A DNA stretch of 61,961 bases, the filler included, from Stramenopiles sp. TOSAG23-3 (taxonomy: Eukaryota), in NCBI GenBank assembly GCA_900128585.1. It is 6 parts of 6 records of this genome, joined end to end, with 100 filler letters (N's around TTAATTAATTAA, not from the genome) between each part and the next. Parts side by side here need not be neighbours in the genome. Positions count along the whole stretch, not along the records: positions 41,416 to 51,639 come from LT642836.1; positions 51,740 to 61,961 come from LT642837.1; 4 more parts are not named here. One strand, 5' to 3'. Shown here piece by piece: positions 41,678 through 52,238 of this stretch; positions within the stretch are counted from its first letter, which is position 1, and each line of letters begins with the position of its first letter. Below the pieces are notes generated by a model. It was not told where the DNA came from, ran no database searches, and worked only from the letters and a program-made list of their open reading frames with translations. Both the position numbers and the translations under genes were made by a program.

Positions 41678-43429
41678 CTAAAACGTGTGCTCACCTTTAT
41701 ACTGATGTTTCGTTCTGGCTTTCGTGGGGCCTTTCCCGCCATTTGCCATCAACTGCAGCAATGGGTCTTGTAACAGCTTTGAGGTGTCTGGGACTTCCCA
41801 GATGTTTTTCACGGCTCTGATAGCTTCTTTCTCTCGCTGTCTGGCGTACAGCACGTTTTCCGGGACCCGCGGACGCGACGTGTTTTCTGTAATTAACGAA
41901 CTTCCTAAACTGTTACTTTTGGACAAAGTCCTGGCAGACGAATTTAACGGTGGCAAGTGAGTGGAACTGCTAGATTTATTCATCTTTTTGCCTTTGGAAA
42001 CGCGGAATTGGTCTAATTTTTCTTGCGCCGCCGTTAACCCTGGGTTCAATTTAATTGCGGCAATAAAGTCCTTGTACGCATGCTCAAACTTCTGTTGCAA
42101 ATACAATGTGTTGCCACGATGGAGGTAAAAATGGGCAACTTTGGGGTTGTATTGAATGGCGGTAGAGAATTCCACCTCGGCTTCGTCGTAATTCTTTTCA
42201 TTGAACAATGTCGAGCCAAGCGTGTGGTGCACTAAACCCAGCCGTGTCCGGATCTGCCAATCCTCTGGGTTCATGTCAAATGCAACGTGGTAATCTGCCA
42301 GGGCTTGCTGGACTTGGCCACACTGACGATAACAATCGCCCCGGTTGGTAAAAAAGTTTATGTTCACTGAGCCCCCTCCCTCTCTCGCTACTACCGCAGA
42401 GACATTTCCATGTGTCTCAGATTCAATAACGCGGTTGAAGAGAGTAATTGCCCTATGGTAGTCCTGATTTTTGAAGCAATTGACTGCCATGTCATTCAAC
42501 GTTAAATTTTTCTGCCGAAGTATTTCGGCGTGCATCTGATCCCCCTTCGCCCCTGTTTCTTCCTCGTACACGTTTGCGGCGTAGTCTAAGTCCGCCAGCG
42601 CCTCGTCGTAGTTTCCCATAAAACGGTTTGCTGCCGCTCTTAAAACTCTAACTTTAATGTCTGATGGGTTCAGTTCCAGCGCGTTTGACAGCAGGCGCTG
42701 GGCTGTGCTGTACTCCCTCTTGAGCAAACACTGGGATGCTTCGGTGTATACATCTTCGACTTGCTTCCACAGCATTTCTTCGTAGATCTTGACCTCCGGG
42801 TGCTCTGGGTCCAGCCGCTGCGCCTCTCCAAAATCATCGTTCCCTCGCCCCGTAGATCCCATCATCCACCTTAACTTTGCCCGCAGAATGAAAATATCCG
42901 CCGAGCTGGAATTTACAACGATACAGTGGTCGACGTCGCGAAGAGCCGCCTGCCACCTTTTGCGCTGGACGTGCGTGAGCGCCCGGTGCAGCCAGTAGTT
43001 ACACTCCAAGCTATTCAGCTCCACTGCTTCAGAAAAATACATGGATGCTGTCTCGAACTCGCCATAATCCATGTATATCTGACCCTGCACATCTAGCGCA
43101 GCCGCTAGCTTGTTTTTTATTTCAACGTCTCTGCCGTTCTTGTCTTCTTCCGGGCAAAGCGCGAACGCCCGTTTGAAGTTTGCCACCGCACTCTTAAAGT
43201 CACACAGCTTGGCATAAATATCAGCGCGCCTGTCGTACGCTCTGTAATCATTGGGCACAAGAAACACCGCCTTTCCTAGCAATTGCAACGCTAGACTGTA
43301 ATTATCATCGGCCAACGCATCGTCCACCGACTCATGGCAGGCTGTAAGGTCTTTGTTTTCTTTCGGCACCTCCATCACTTTATTTATTTTCGCCTGTAAC
43401 GCGGCACTAATTGCCCCAGGCTGCGCCAT
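41678..43429 (-). CDS. Multi-TPR protein (TTC16-like)
   Basis: About 11-12 TPR motifs; RADIYAKLCDFKSAVANFKRA and FTNRGDCY..CG...ALADY resemble TTC16. The TPR call is firm; orthology is tentative. Confidence 0.8.
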   Translation of the reverse strand: MAQPGAISAALQAKINKVMEVPKENKDLTACHESVDDALADDNYSLALQLLGKAVFLVPNDYRAYDRRADIYAKLCDFKSAVANFKRAFALCPEEDKNGRDVEIKNKLAAALDVQGQIYMDYGEFETASMYFSEAVELNSLECNYWLHRALTHVQRKRWQAALRDVDHCIVVNSSSADIFILRAKLRWMMGSTGRGNDDFGEAQRLDPEHPEVKIYEEMLWKQVEDVYTEASQCLLKREYSTAQRLLSNALELNPSDIKVRVLRAAANRFMGNYDEALADLDYAANVYEEETGAKGDQMHAEILRQKNLTLNDMAVNCFKNQDYHRAITLFNRVIESETHGNVSAVVAREGGGSVNINFFTNRGDCYRQCGQVQQALADYHVAFDMNPEDWQIRTRLGLVHHTLGSTLFNEKNYDEAEVEFSTAIQYNPKVAHFYLHRGNTLYLQQKFEHAYKDFIAAIKLNPGLTAAQEKLDQFRVSKGKKMNKSSSSTHLPPLNSSARTLSKSNSLGSSLITENTSRPRVPENVLYARQREKEAIRAVKNIWEVPDTSKLLQDPLLQLMANGGKGPTKARTKHQYKGEHTF

Positions 43430-44589
43430 ACTTACTACCTTCTAATTCAAAACCTCTTCCAAGCGTAACGACAACCAGGTCCAAAATCTACTTTATATTG
43501 TTGTCTCCTTAATTTCAACATTCATTCCGTTGATTCTTTTCTTCCCATACCTTTAGAATTCAAATGAATAAAAATTGGGAAAGACGTACGTGGATCATTA
43601 TTTACATATTACTCTTGGTGGTTGTTTTATAATATTGTTGTAGCGAACAATAACAGTGTCTAATTTTTAATAATATAATTATTATTATTTTTTTTACGTT
43701 ATTTTTTTTATTATTATATTTTTTTTTTTTAACCGCCCGCCGCCGCCGTCATCATCTCCTGAATCCTGATAATAGACTTACGGACTTTTAATTACAATAA
43801 TAATACCGGTACCAGGAAACAGGAACCAGGCACGGATGAGTAGAACGACAATTCAAGATACTACTATTTAGTGGGATTGTACATAATACAATCATGTGCC
43901 AGGCATGACTGAACTCCTACGATCTTCACTATTACCTGTATGTACTGAACTCTAGAATAAAATGTACGAGGTATTATTTAGTGCCAATTAGACGACTCCT
44001 CGTATTTCGCCTCGTTCCTATTCTCTCTGTTTGTTTAAGTACGAGTATTTGATCTCCTTCTTCTTTCTTGCTATTCGTATCTAAATTAGTTTATCTATTT
44101 TACTTCACACGTATCGCCGATGCTGTTTTCATGTTCAATTATCTAGACGACTAATCCTCGTATATTATTAGCAATAATAATGAAGAGAAACGAACCGTTG
44201 AGGCATGGGCGGTGTCAATGATGTTATAATTAGGGTTTCGATTTAACCGTTTGGCGAAAATAGTCTGTGGCAAGTTGTTGTTAACATCTACGTAGCAAGC
44301 ATTTTGTAATGAAGGGCTTCTTCCTCCTGCTGACGATATAATAAAATAAAGAAGAGATGAAGATGATTTTATTGCTCTCCTCTCCTCTTCATTCTCTACT
44401 ACTTTTATTACAATTAATCAATGCGAAATTTAAGAAGAGCTTGGATGGTATGGTATGTTATGAATCGATGCGATTGCGCTTGCTTTTCTTATTTTTTTTC
44501 CAATTCCAGACCAGATATTCTCACGAAAGGATCAATCAAAGCTGCAAGATCCCACCTTCTTCAATTAAGTAAGTGGGGCGTTGTTGGAC

Positions 44590-47500
44590 ATGTCTACTAC
44601 ACGCTCAGGTGCCAAGGCTAGAATGAGTACTTCAGTTAAGCGACCAAATACTGCGCCGGAGAAAAGCAAAATGATAAAGGCGCCAAAGAAAACTGCTTCG
44701 CTGTCTGTTAACCAGGAGATTTTGAATGATACTAATGCTCCAATTACACAGAGTATCTACCAAAATTTAATCAAGTTGAACGCCAGGTACATACAGCAAA
44801 GGAACATACCAAAATCGCCACGGACTTTTTACACGGGCGAGAGGGAAGAAACTGCTGGGCAAAAATATCTTAAGTCTATGGAAGAGCAAAAGTCAAAGAA
44901 GAAGAAAAGGAGTAGAAAAGCGGTCCGAATAGAAGAGCAGAAAAAGAAGGAACAGCAGCAAGCCAAGTCCAAGCAAAAAATAGTCATCAAAAAGAAAGAA
45001 GTACAGGAAGATATTCGCACGCTTCGGATCGGAACGCCCCCAATTGACCCGAAGCCCAAGCCGCGGAAACGTGGCTTAAAACCTTACACTGGCGACCGAT
45101 TTGGAACCCGTGGTGATTACTCTGGGGGGATGCTGTACTTATCCCGCTTGGCACTTCCCGATAATTCTGCGGCAAAACAGAAGCAAAAGAAGCAAGTGGA
45201 GACCGTTGTAGTGGCCCCAGTAGAAATTGTAGAGGAAGAGTCCGATTCAGATTCTGACTACGACGAATACGAACTAGTAAATATGGAGTCAAAGCGAAAA
45301 GCGGCGACGGCGATCATGGAGCTCGCAAAGAACCCGTTGATTCGCTCCCATGTGGTCAACGATGGGGCAATTTTAGCGACTACGTCCTTAGTAGGGTTTG
45401 CGGACGAACACTTGCGAGCAATCCTGGCGACTACTTTGCTGGTCTTATCGCAAGAGCCCCAGTATCATGAGCGCATGATTGAAGACGACTCGGTGGAAGC
45501 CCTAGTGAAGCTTTTGGAGTCCGAAATCCAACAAACCACGTACATGGCGGCTGTTTCCCTCGCCAATCTAGCGTGCCACCCAAAAACAGAAATACTAATT
45601 ATAGAGTCTGGCGCCGTGGCATCTTTGCAAGCTATTCGGTCGATCCATCGCTCGACGACAGACCAACTTGCAAGATTACTGCTGAATTTATCCTGCGCAG
45701 ACGATTCCCTTCATTCCGGGGGCGAAGAAGTTATTGAGTCAGTGTTTAATCTTGCCAATTCGGAAACTGAGCAAATTAGAGACCTGTGTTTGCGGGCGCT
45801 GTGCCGCATGGCCTTCACCCCATCGAACAGGTTTCACTTAGCATCAACAGGTGCCGTCCGACTCATAACCGACATGTGGCGATTTGAACAGTCTATTGAT
45901 GCGGTGCTGAACTATGCGCTAGTACTTTACCTGCTGTCTGCTGACAAACACGCGAGGCATAAAATGATGGAACAAAACGTGGTAGATATTTGCGTTAAAA
46001 TGTCTACATGGGCTATAGAGAACGAGATTTTTAAAGCACTCTCTTTGAGTGTCGCCACTTTGGCCAACATGTCCCTGTACGGCCCATGCAGGGAGCACCT
46101 TTTTGACGAGGGAGCAGTCCAACAAGTGGTCGAGTGGGCAAAAATCGAAGATATGGACGTCCAAATATCTTGTGCGCAAACGCTGCAGTGCATGGCCTCC
46201 GATGACGATTGTGTTCAACGGTCCGTTAACGAAGGGGCGTTGATGGCTCTGATTGGCTTGTGTGGTTCCAAAATTGATAGTGTTGTTCGAACGAGTTGTT
46301 TTTCTCTCGCCCTCCTGTTGTCCCGTGCAAAAGCATCGTCCGTCCCGCACGAGGAACTGACTGAGGCCACCGCCTTGCTCTTGAAACTTATGGCCGATTT
46401 TGCTAATTCTGTCAAAGCGAAAGAGGAGGCAGCGTTGCAAAAGGAAGAAATGAAAAAAGAAAGGGCGAATAAGTCTCTTGGAAGACGCCGACACTCAAGC
46501 GTTATGTCGAAGTCAGACCTTGCCAAACTGGACCAAAATCACCATAAAGATATTGACATTGGCGGACCAACTGACGACCAGATGACGATCGTGTGTGCCA
46601 TCGCTCTGTGCAATTTATCTGCCCAAAAAGAATGTCGGGATACGTTGGTTGTTCAAGGGGCCCCAAAAGTCCTAATTTTCTTGATTCACCATGGCACGGG
46701 AGACACAGTCAACAAGTGCGCCAAAACCATGTATTTTTTGTCCACAAACAAAGCCAACCACCGTGGTCTGATCGACGGGGGTGCCGTTGGGTTGGCGATC
46801 GAGGTCATGCAGGGTCACCCAGTATCTGATGTAGTCTGGTACTGTGGTGCAATGATGTTTGCACTTGCGGGGGAAAAAAATGCCCGAAATGGGATCATTA
46901 GCGCGCCGGGGGCGTTGAACGCGTTGTTGGAAATGTCAAATTCTGGTAACGCAGACGTTAGAATTTTATGCGGTGCTATTCTTTGCCGGCTGTCGAGCGA
47001 GGTTGACAGGAGCGAAGAAATTGTCAAAGCTGGTGCCATTCCGTCACTGATTACGCTGTCTCACTGGACGCACTTTCAAACTAGGCAACGGTGTATTGTG
47101 TCGATATCAAACCTTGCGCGGGGCAGATTGCGAGCACGAATTATAGATGAAGGCGCTGTTCCCGCCCTGATAGCGTTATCTAGCTCAAAGGATAGGAAAA
47201 TGAGGCAGGACTGTGCCAGTGCACTGTGTAACTTGTCGTGCAGTGCTGTTAGCGAATTTGAAATGGTGAAGCAGGGGGCTTTGTCTGCGCTGATAGTGCT
47301 GGGCCTAATCCGGTCTGGAGACGAGGCCCTGACCAAGAAAACGTGCGGCAAAGCGCTTTTTAATTTGTTGTGCTCCGAGGATGCCCTCGAGTATGCAGTG
47401 GAAGAGGACGTAATATGGGCGCTGAACGAAATGTGTTCTATGGATGAAGACACTGAAGAAATGTTTGCTGTTGCTGCCTGTAACTTGTCTAAATTCGAAC

Positions 47501-49470
47501 GTAGCAGGAGACAGCTTTTGCGGAACGGACCGATCGAAAGCCTTCTCAAACTTATCATCCATGGCGCAGATGATGTGAAGATCGCCGCGGGCCTGGCCCT
47601 ACAAAACATTGTGTGCTTTGCCACTGATGAGCAGCTGGCTACAATGTGCTCCGTAACTTTGATCAATAATATTGCAATTCTTTCCAACATGAACGATGCC
47701 TTAACAAAAGAGGCGTGTGCGTCATCCCTCTGTGCTTTTTCTCGCAATAAAAATTGTCGAATGGCGTTTTTGGACGGTGGGGGGCTAGAAGCTATGATAG
47801 AGTTGGCAAAAATTGGATCATCGCTCATTAATAGCTATTGTACCGCGATGCTCTATGGAATTTCAGCTCAAGAAAACACACGGATGAAGGCTGTTTCCAG
47901 CGGTGCAATGAAACTGCTGGTCCAGCTCTCTGCGTCTACCGAGCTAGGGACAAAAGAGCACTGTGCCAGAATTTTGTATTTTCTGGTGCAGTCGGAAGAA
48001 ACTCGGGAAGAATTGGCGGAAAAGGGTGCAGTGAAGGTAACAGTCGGTCTGGCGGTTATTAATTCAACTCCATTAATACAAAGTCTTTGCGCTAGGATCC
48101 TTTGCCTCCTCAGTTGCAGTCCCATGGCCGTTTTAACAATGGTTGAAGCTGGTGCAGTAAGGATATTGGGGGTCCTGGCAGAATTGCGAGATGAAAGAGT
48201 GCGGCAGGATTGTGTCGTGGCCCTTTGCAATCTCTCTGCCCATTCAAACTCTGCAAAGATGACGAACGACGGGGCAACGCACACTCTATGCGAGCTGTGC
48301 GACTTGAAGAACGTGAGCAGTATGGAGCGTATTGCCGTAGTCTTTCGCAACCTTTCGTGCCACCAGGCTAATGCAAGACGAATGGTCGACGCAGGAGTGG
48401 TCCCAACTTTGGTGGCTATGTCCTCCAGGGGCAACCCAGAGACCGTGCAACACACCTTGGTAGCCCTATGCAATCTATCATTCGAGCCGACTGTGCGGAA
48501 AACCATGGCCGAAGAAGGGGCGGCGAAATGTGTCATGAGGCTATCTCGGGGCCTAGACACTGTAGAGGCCGTGCAATTTTGCGGGCTTACCATATCAAAT
48601 TTAGCGAGCGATCAAGCTGCTCATAAAATTCTGGTGGAAGCCGGAGCAATCTCTACCCTTATGGCGTGGCTGGAGAAGCAAACGAGGCCTCGAGGGCGAC
48701 ACCGAACACCGGAGGAGGAGGTGGCCCAAAATGATGCCGACAAGATTTTGCAAAAAGCCCGCCACAGAATTGAAGTTCCAAGAGTGCTTTCTACTGATCT
48801 GCAAAAGGTGTCTGTGAAGTTGACCGAGCCAGAAGTCAAATTTTCTTTAAGATCCCTTCCATGGAGAAAGCTTAGTGTACAAAGCACAGCACACGAGCCG
48901 GCAGAGCCAGCCTTGCCAAAAGTAGAACGACCAGTTGTGTCGAGCTCAAGTGTTCAGGGGGCTAATGTGAGCGACGAGGATTGCACCACCGACTTGGCCG
49001 AAGGCATGGGAGATACAGAACACTCTTATGAACGAATCATGTTGACCCAGCTGGACGCAGAGGTAATGAAGGAACTAAAACACAGAGATGCAAGCTCATG
49101 GGCGAAGCACACGACCGTGAGTGTCAGCAACGCAAACGAGACTAAGAAGGAGCGACCAAAGCCCAAAAAACCCTCTCTGAAAAAAAACAACTCATTCTTC
49201 GGTTTTGATGTTGACGAAAGCACAGTCGTAGCGGACGACAAAACGGAATATTTCCCAGCTCCTGCCAACGTTGCAGAACCGAAGCGAATTGTGAGGAAGA
49301 AAAAAAAAGCCGTCTCGGAACAAAAGTCTGGTTTTGTGTTGGAAAGACGTCCTTCCAGCTTACCCCAAGCCCCGAATTTTGTAGAACACTTAGACTTTTT
49401 GCTGCAAGATGGTCGGGTCAACTTGAACATTGTGGATGATGGGAAGCCGAAGATGTGGGCGAAGAAATAG
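44590..49470 (+). CDS. Large armadillo-repeat protein (Vac8-like repeats)
   Basis: More than 20 ARM repeats (GAVPALIALS...DCASALCNLS; GVVPTLVAMS...VALCNLS); basic disordered termini; first ATG at 44590. Confidence 0.9.
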   Translation: MSTTRSGAKARMSTSVKRPNTAPEKSKMIKAPKKTASLSVNQEILNDTNAPITQSIYQNLIKLNARYIQQRNIPKSPRTFYTGEREETAGQKYLKSMEEQKSKKKKRSRKAVRIEEQKKKEQQQAKSKQKIVIKKKEVQEDIRTLRIGTPPIDPKPKPRKRGLKPYTGDRFGTRGDYSGGMLYLSRLALPDNSAAKQKQKKQVETVVVAPVEIVEEESDSDSDYDEYELVNMESKRKAATAIMELAKNPLIRSHVVNDGAILATTSLVGFADEHLRAILATTLLVLSQEPQYHERMIEDDSVEALVKLLESEIQQTTYMAAVSLANLACHPKTEILIIESGAVASLQAIRSIHRSTTDQLARLLLNLSCADDSLHSGGEEVIESVFNLANSETEQIRDLCLRALCRMAFTPSNRFHLASTGAVRLITDMWRFEQSIDAVLNYALVLYLLSADKHARHKMMEQNVVDICVKMSTWAIENEIFKALSLSVATLANMSLYGPCREHLFDEGAVQQVVEWAKIEDMDVQISCAQTLQCMASDDDCVQRSVNEGALMALIGLCGSKIDSVVRTSCFSLALLLSRAKASSVPHEELTEATALLLKLMADFANSVKAKEEAALQKEEMKKERANKSLGRRRHSSVMSKSDLAKLDQNHHKDIDIGGPTDDQMTIVCAIALCNLSAQKECRDTLVVQGAPKVLIFLIHHGTGDTVNKCAKTMYFLSTNKANHRGLIDGGAVGLAIEVMQGHPVSDVVWYCGAMMFALAGEKNARNGIISAPGALNALLEMSNSGNADVRILCGAILCRLSSEVDRSEEIVKAGAIPSLITLSHWTHFQTRQRCIVSISNLARGRLRARIIDEGAVPALIALSSSKDRKMRQDCASALCNLSCSAVSEFEMVKQGALSALIVLGLIRSGDEALTKKTCGKALFNLLCSEDALEYAVEEDVIWALNEMCSMDEDTEEMFAVAACNLSKFERSRRQLLRNGPIESLLKLIIHGADDVKIAAGLALQNIVCFATDEQLATMCSVTLINNIAILSNMNDALTKEACASSLCAFSRNKNCRMAFLDGGGLEAMIELAKIGSSLINSYCTAMLYGISAQENTRMKAVSSGAMKLLVQLSASTELGTKEHCARILYFLVQSEETREELAEKGAVKVTVGLAVINSTPLIQSLCARILCLLSCSPMAVLTMVEAGAVRILGVLAELRDERVRQDCVVALCNLSAHSNSAKMTNDGATHTLCELCDLKNVSSMERIAVVFRNLSCHQANARRMVDAGVVPTLVAMSSRGNPETVQHTLVALCNLSFEPTVRKTMAEEGAAKCVMRLSRGLDTVEAVQFCGLTISNLASDQAAHKILVEAGAISTLMAWLEKQTRPRGRHRTPEEEVAQNDADKILQKARHRIEVPRVLSTDLQKVSVKLTEPEVKFSLRSLPWRKLSVQSTAHEPAEPALPKVERPVVSSSSVQGANVSDEDCTTDLAEGMGDTEHSYERIMLTQLDAEVMKELKHRDASSWAKHTTVSVSNANETKKERPKPKKPSLKKNNSFFGFDVDESTVVADDKTEYFPAPANVAEPKRIVRKKKKAVSEQKSGFVLERRPSSLPQAPNFVEHLDFLLQDGRVNLNIVDDGKPKMWAKK

Positions 49471-49503
49471 AGAAAAAAACAAAATAAAACTATATATTCA
49501 TCA

Positions 49504-49663
49504 CTTATAATAACAGCCAATTTTTATTTATCTTCCTCATGTACCACGAAAATGAATCTGCTCCTTTTGTCCATTTTTAATCAATATTACCCTTGTCACG
49601 CTTAGACTTGACTATCATTCTCAGATGTACTTCATGTATGATCCGAACCGGTAGGTGGATTAG
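49504..49663 (-). repeat. Dispersed repeat family, partial reverse copy
   Basis: tttatcttcctcatgtaccacgaaaatgaatctgctccttttgtccatt and cttgactatcattctcagatgtac...ggtaggtggatt match 28725-28772 and 28853-28908. Confidence 0.85.
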
Positions 49664-49775
49664 AAATATATATTTAAAATTATAATTTATTTCTTCGAAC
49701 GATAATTATATATTTCGGTACGCGTTACTGTCTTGTCAGATAACCTAATATTTCGTACACTTCCAGAATGCTCCT

Positions 49776-51476
49776 TTAATCTTCCCGAGATCGCTTCCTA
49801 CTCATCGGGGTATTTGTGGATTGGACAGCTTTTCTCCGTGGGGCCTTCTTTTCACTATATTTTTTGTGCTTATCGATTGCGTGTACAAGCCGCTTTTTCA
49901 TGGCATCCTTTGACTGCGGTGTCAACGTGGCAAATGACTCCAAAAATTGAATTTCTTCTCTGATCCGTTGAACGACTTTATTTAATTTCTCATTGTTGTT
50001 TTTGCTTTGTACCAAAGACCAAAAAAATCTCAAATATTCGTTACACCTCTGAAAATGACCTTTCAATACCGTCTCATTCGTCGGCTTAGAAATAGCACGG
50101 TTTCGAGTATATGTTGGCCTCAAAGTTGCAGAGAATGCATTCTCAGGATTAAATTTCCAAGCAATTTTTCCCTCTTGCGGGACAGCCCCGGCTTCCAATT
50201 TTACTCGCTTTGCCGCCCGGCCGTTTGATTCCTTTTCTTCTTGCTTTGCGCCTTCCTTTGGTTTTCTTGTATTTTCTGTTATATTTAATGGGACCATTTC
50301 TATTCCTTCGTTGTACGCATGGGACGTCAAGTCAGGGTGGACAACTTCGCCACTTTCGTTCGTCTCTTGTGCGTCTCCTTTCCCGCCCTTGTTCACTCCA
50401 CCGCTATGGCCCAGTAATCTGCTGCCCTCCTGGTTAAATTGGTTCAGCAAATATGCTGTGGTCGACTTGTTGTGTTTGGACTTCATCGTTATTTCCCCAC
50501 CCTTCTTGTTTCGCCTAGAAGAAGACGTCTCCCCACCTACAGCCTCTTCGTTGTCCACGGACTCCACAACGCGCTTTGACCGGTCCAACAGACCATACCC
50601 TTCCCTGGTTGAAATAGGTCCACGGAATGCCTCGCCACTTGTTTCACGCAAATCAAACATAGGGTCGGCATTTTCTAATAGCAATTTTGTGTTGTGTTCG
50701 CGGGTCTCTTTTTCTTGGTCTTCAATAAAAGAAGACACTTCTTTGTCCATGCGGCCAGTCGTCATAGTCGCCACTTGCTTCTCGTCGATTTCCCCCCGTT
50801 TGTACTGATCCTCCACGATGAGCTTGGTGAAAAATTCATTCTGAGAGTATTTGTGGGGTACGAACTTGTAGTAAGCTCTCCTGACGTTGGGCCTCTTCCG
50901 AAAAATTTCGTTCATTACTTCTGCGGTAACCGTTTGATACTTTGCGCGCCTTTTGCTTACCACCTCGATCGAGGAACTGTAGGATTGCACAGACAAAACT
51001 TCGCCCGGGGTTAGCCCCGAGTCATTTCTCAGCTGGTGCTTCCTACTGGCCCAAAACTCATTTGCATCCATCAAGCTGGGAACGACTTGGTTAAACATTT
51101 TGCGCAGTTCTGGATCTTTGCGCAGTAGCTCTCGTGCTTCGTTAACGTCAAAAGTGAGCTTTGCAGTACTTTGCGGTTTTTTTGGGGCGGTTGAGGTCTG
51201 TCCCAGAAGTTGCCCGGTAAAAGTGCCCAACCCTGCCACATCTGGAAACTGTAGCTCAATGCCCACGCCCTTTAAATTGTTCGCGTCCATGACTATCTTT
51301 ACCGTCGTTTCTCGCGACGGCGAAGTTAGCGTCTTTTTGACAGAAGAATACAGGACTTTATTCCCGCCAGCGAACAAAATGCCGTCGGTTACGAGTTCAA
51401 TCGTTATCCGCTTGTTCAACAGTTCACTAAACGAAGATTCATGGACTTTCCGGACCAATACATTGCTAAACTTCAT
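49776..51476 (-). CDS. GTF2H1: General transcription factor IIH subunit 1 (p62/Tfb1)
   Basis: N-terminal PH-like region; two BSD domains (LLRKDPELRKMF..VV...MDANEFWASR; EIFRKRPNVRRAY..FVPHKYSQNEFFTK); C-terminal NEYLRFFWS. Confidence 0.82.
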   Translation of the reverse strand: MKFSNVLVRKVHESSFSELLNKRITIELVTDGILFAGGNKVLYSSVKKTLTSPSRETTVKIVMDANNLKGVGIELQFPDVAGLGTFTGQLLGQTSTAPKKPQSTAKLTFDVNEARELLRKDPELRKMFNQVVPSLMDANEFWASRKHQLRNDSGLTPGEVLSVQSYSSSIEVVSKRRAKYQTVTAEVMNEIFRKRPNVRRAYYKFVPHKYSQNEFFTKLIVEDQYKRGEIDEKQVATMTTGRMDKEVSSFIEDQEKETREHNTKLLLENADPMFDLRETSGEAFRGPISTREGYGLLDRSKRVVESVDNEEAVGGETSSSRRNKKGGEITMKSKHNKSTTAYLLNQFNQEGSRLLGHSGGVNKGGKGDAQETNESGEVVHPDLTSHAYNEGIEMVPLNITENTRKPKEGAKQEEKESNGRAAKRVKLEAGAVPQEGKIAWKFNPENAFSATLRPTYTRNRAISKPTNETVLKGHFQRCNEYLRFFWSLVQSKNNNEKLNKVVQRIREEIQFLESFATLTPQSKDAMKKRLVHAIDKHKKYSEKKAPRRKAVQSTNTPMSRKRSRED

Positions 51477-51639
51477 CGTTCCCCACAAACCTGAACGAAA
51501 TCGTTTCCGTATATTCGGTTGTTCTCGTTCGATTGCTTCCTATCATTACAATGTTTCTTCGTCAACCTTGACCTTTTGTGTGTTCATTCAATTGTACGCG
51601 TTATATAAATCAACGTAAATGTTAAAAAATTTAACTTTT

Positions 51640-51739
51640 NNNNNNNNNNNNNNNNNNNNNNNNNNNNNNNNNNNNNNNNNNNNTTAATTAATTAANNNNN
51701 NNNNNNNNNNNNNNNNNNNNNNNNNNNNNNNNNNNNNNN
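51640..51739. other. Artificial contig-joining spacer
   Basis: N44-TTAATTAATTAA-N44. Confidence 0.97.
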
Positions 51740-52238
51740 ATTAATTAGATTATAGACTACTAGCTACTTATTACAAAACTCTGGAATATGAAGTCAGTTC
51801 ATTTTTTAATATTTTTTTAATTTATATAATTAATAAAATTAAAATATCCACCACCAAGTTAAGCTTTAATGTTTTAGCTTACGCACGTAATAAATAAGTG
51901 GCCTTCGAACAGCCTAAATAATATGAGTACAGCATTGCGTTCTTTTATTTTACCACCACCGACCCACCAGCAGCTGGTCGAATTAATAATAATAATAGCA
52001 CATCACAGCAAGGACGCACGCACGGACGAACGCACGATTTTTATCCATCATTGACTCACAAATATAATTAATTGCCATTTTTGGATCATGAATGAATCTG
52101 GAAATACAGAAATTGTAGACTCATTGTACATAATTTGAAAGAAAGACGAAAGGATAAAGTTTCTGTGTATCATATTCATATCTTGATTTCTGAATTTACA
52201 CCTGTTAGTGAAAAAAAAGTATTGTTGTTGTTGTTAGG

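Noticed and set aside
44230-44238. TTAGGGTTT telomere/telo-box-like motif (also taaccctaaa near 16043)
   Set aside because: Single short matches with no tandem array; expected by chance.
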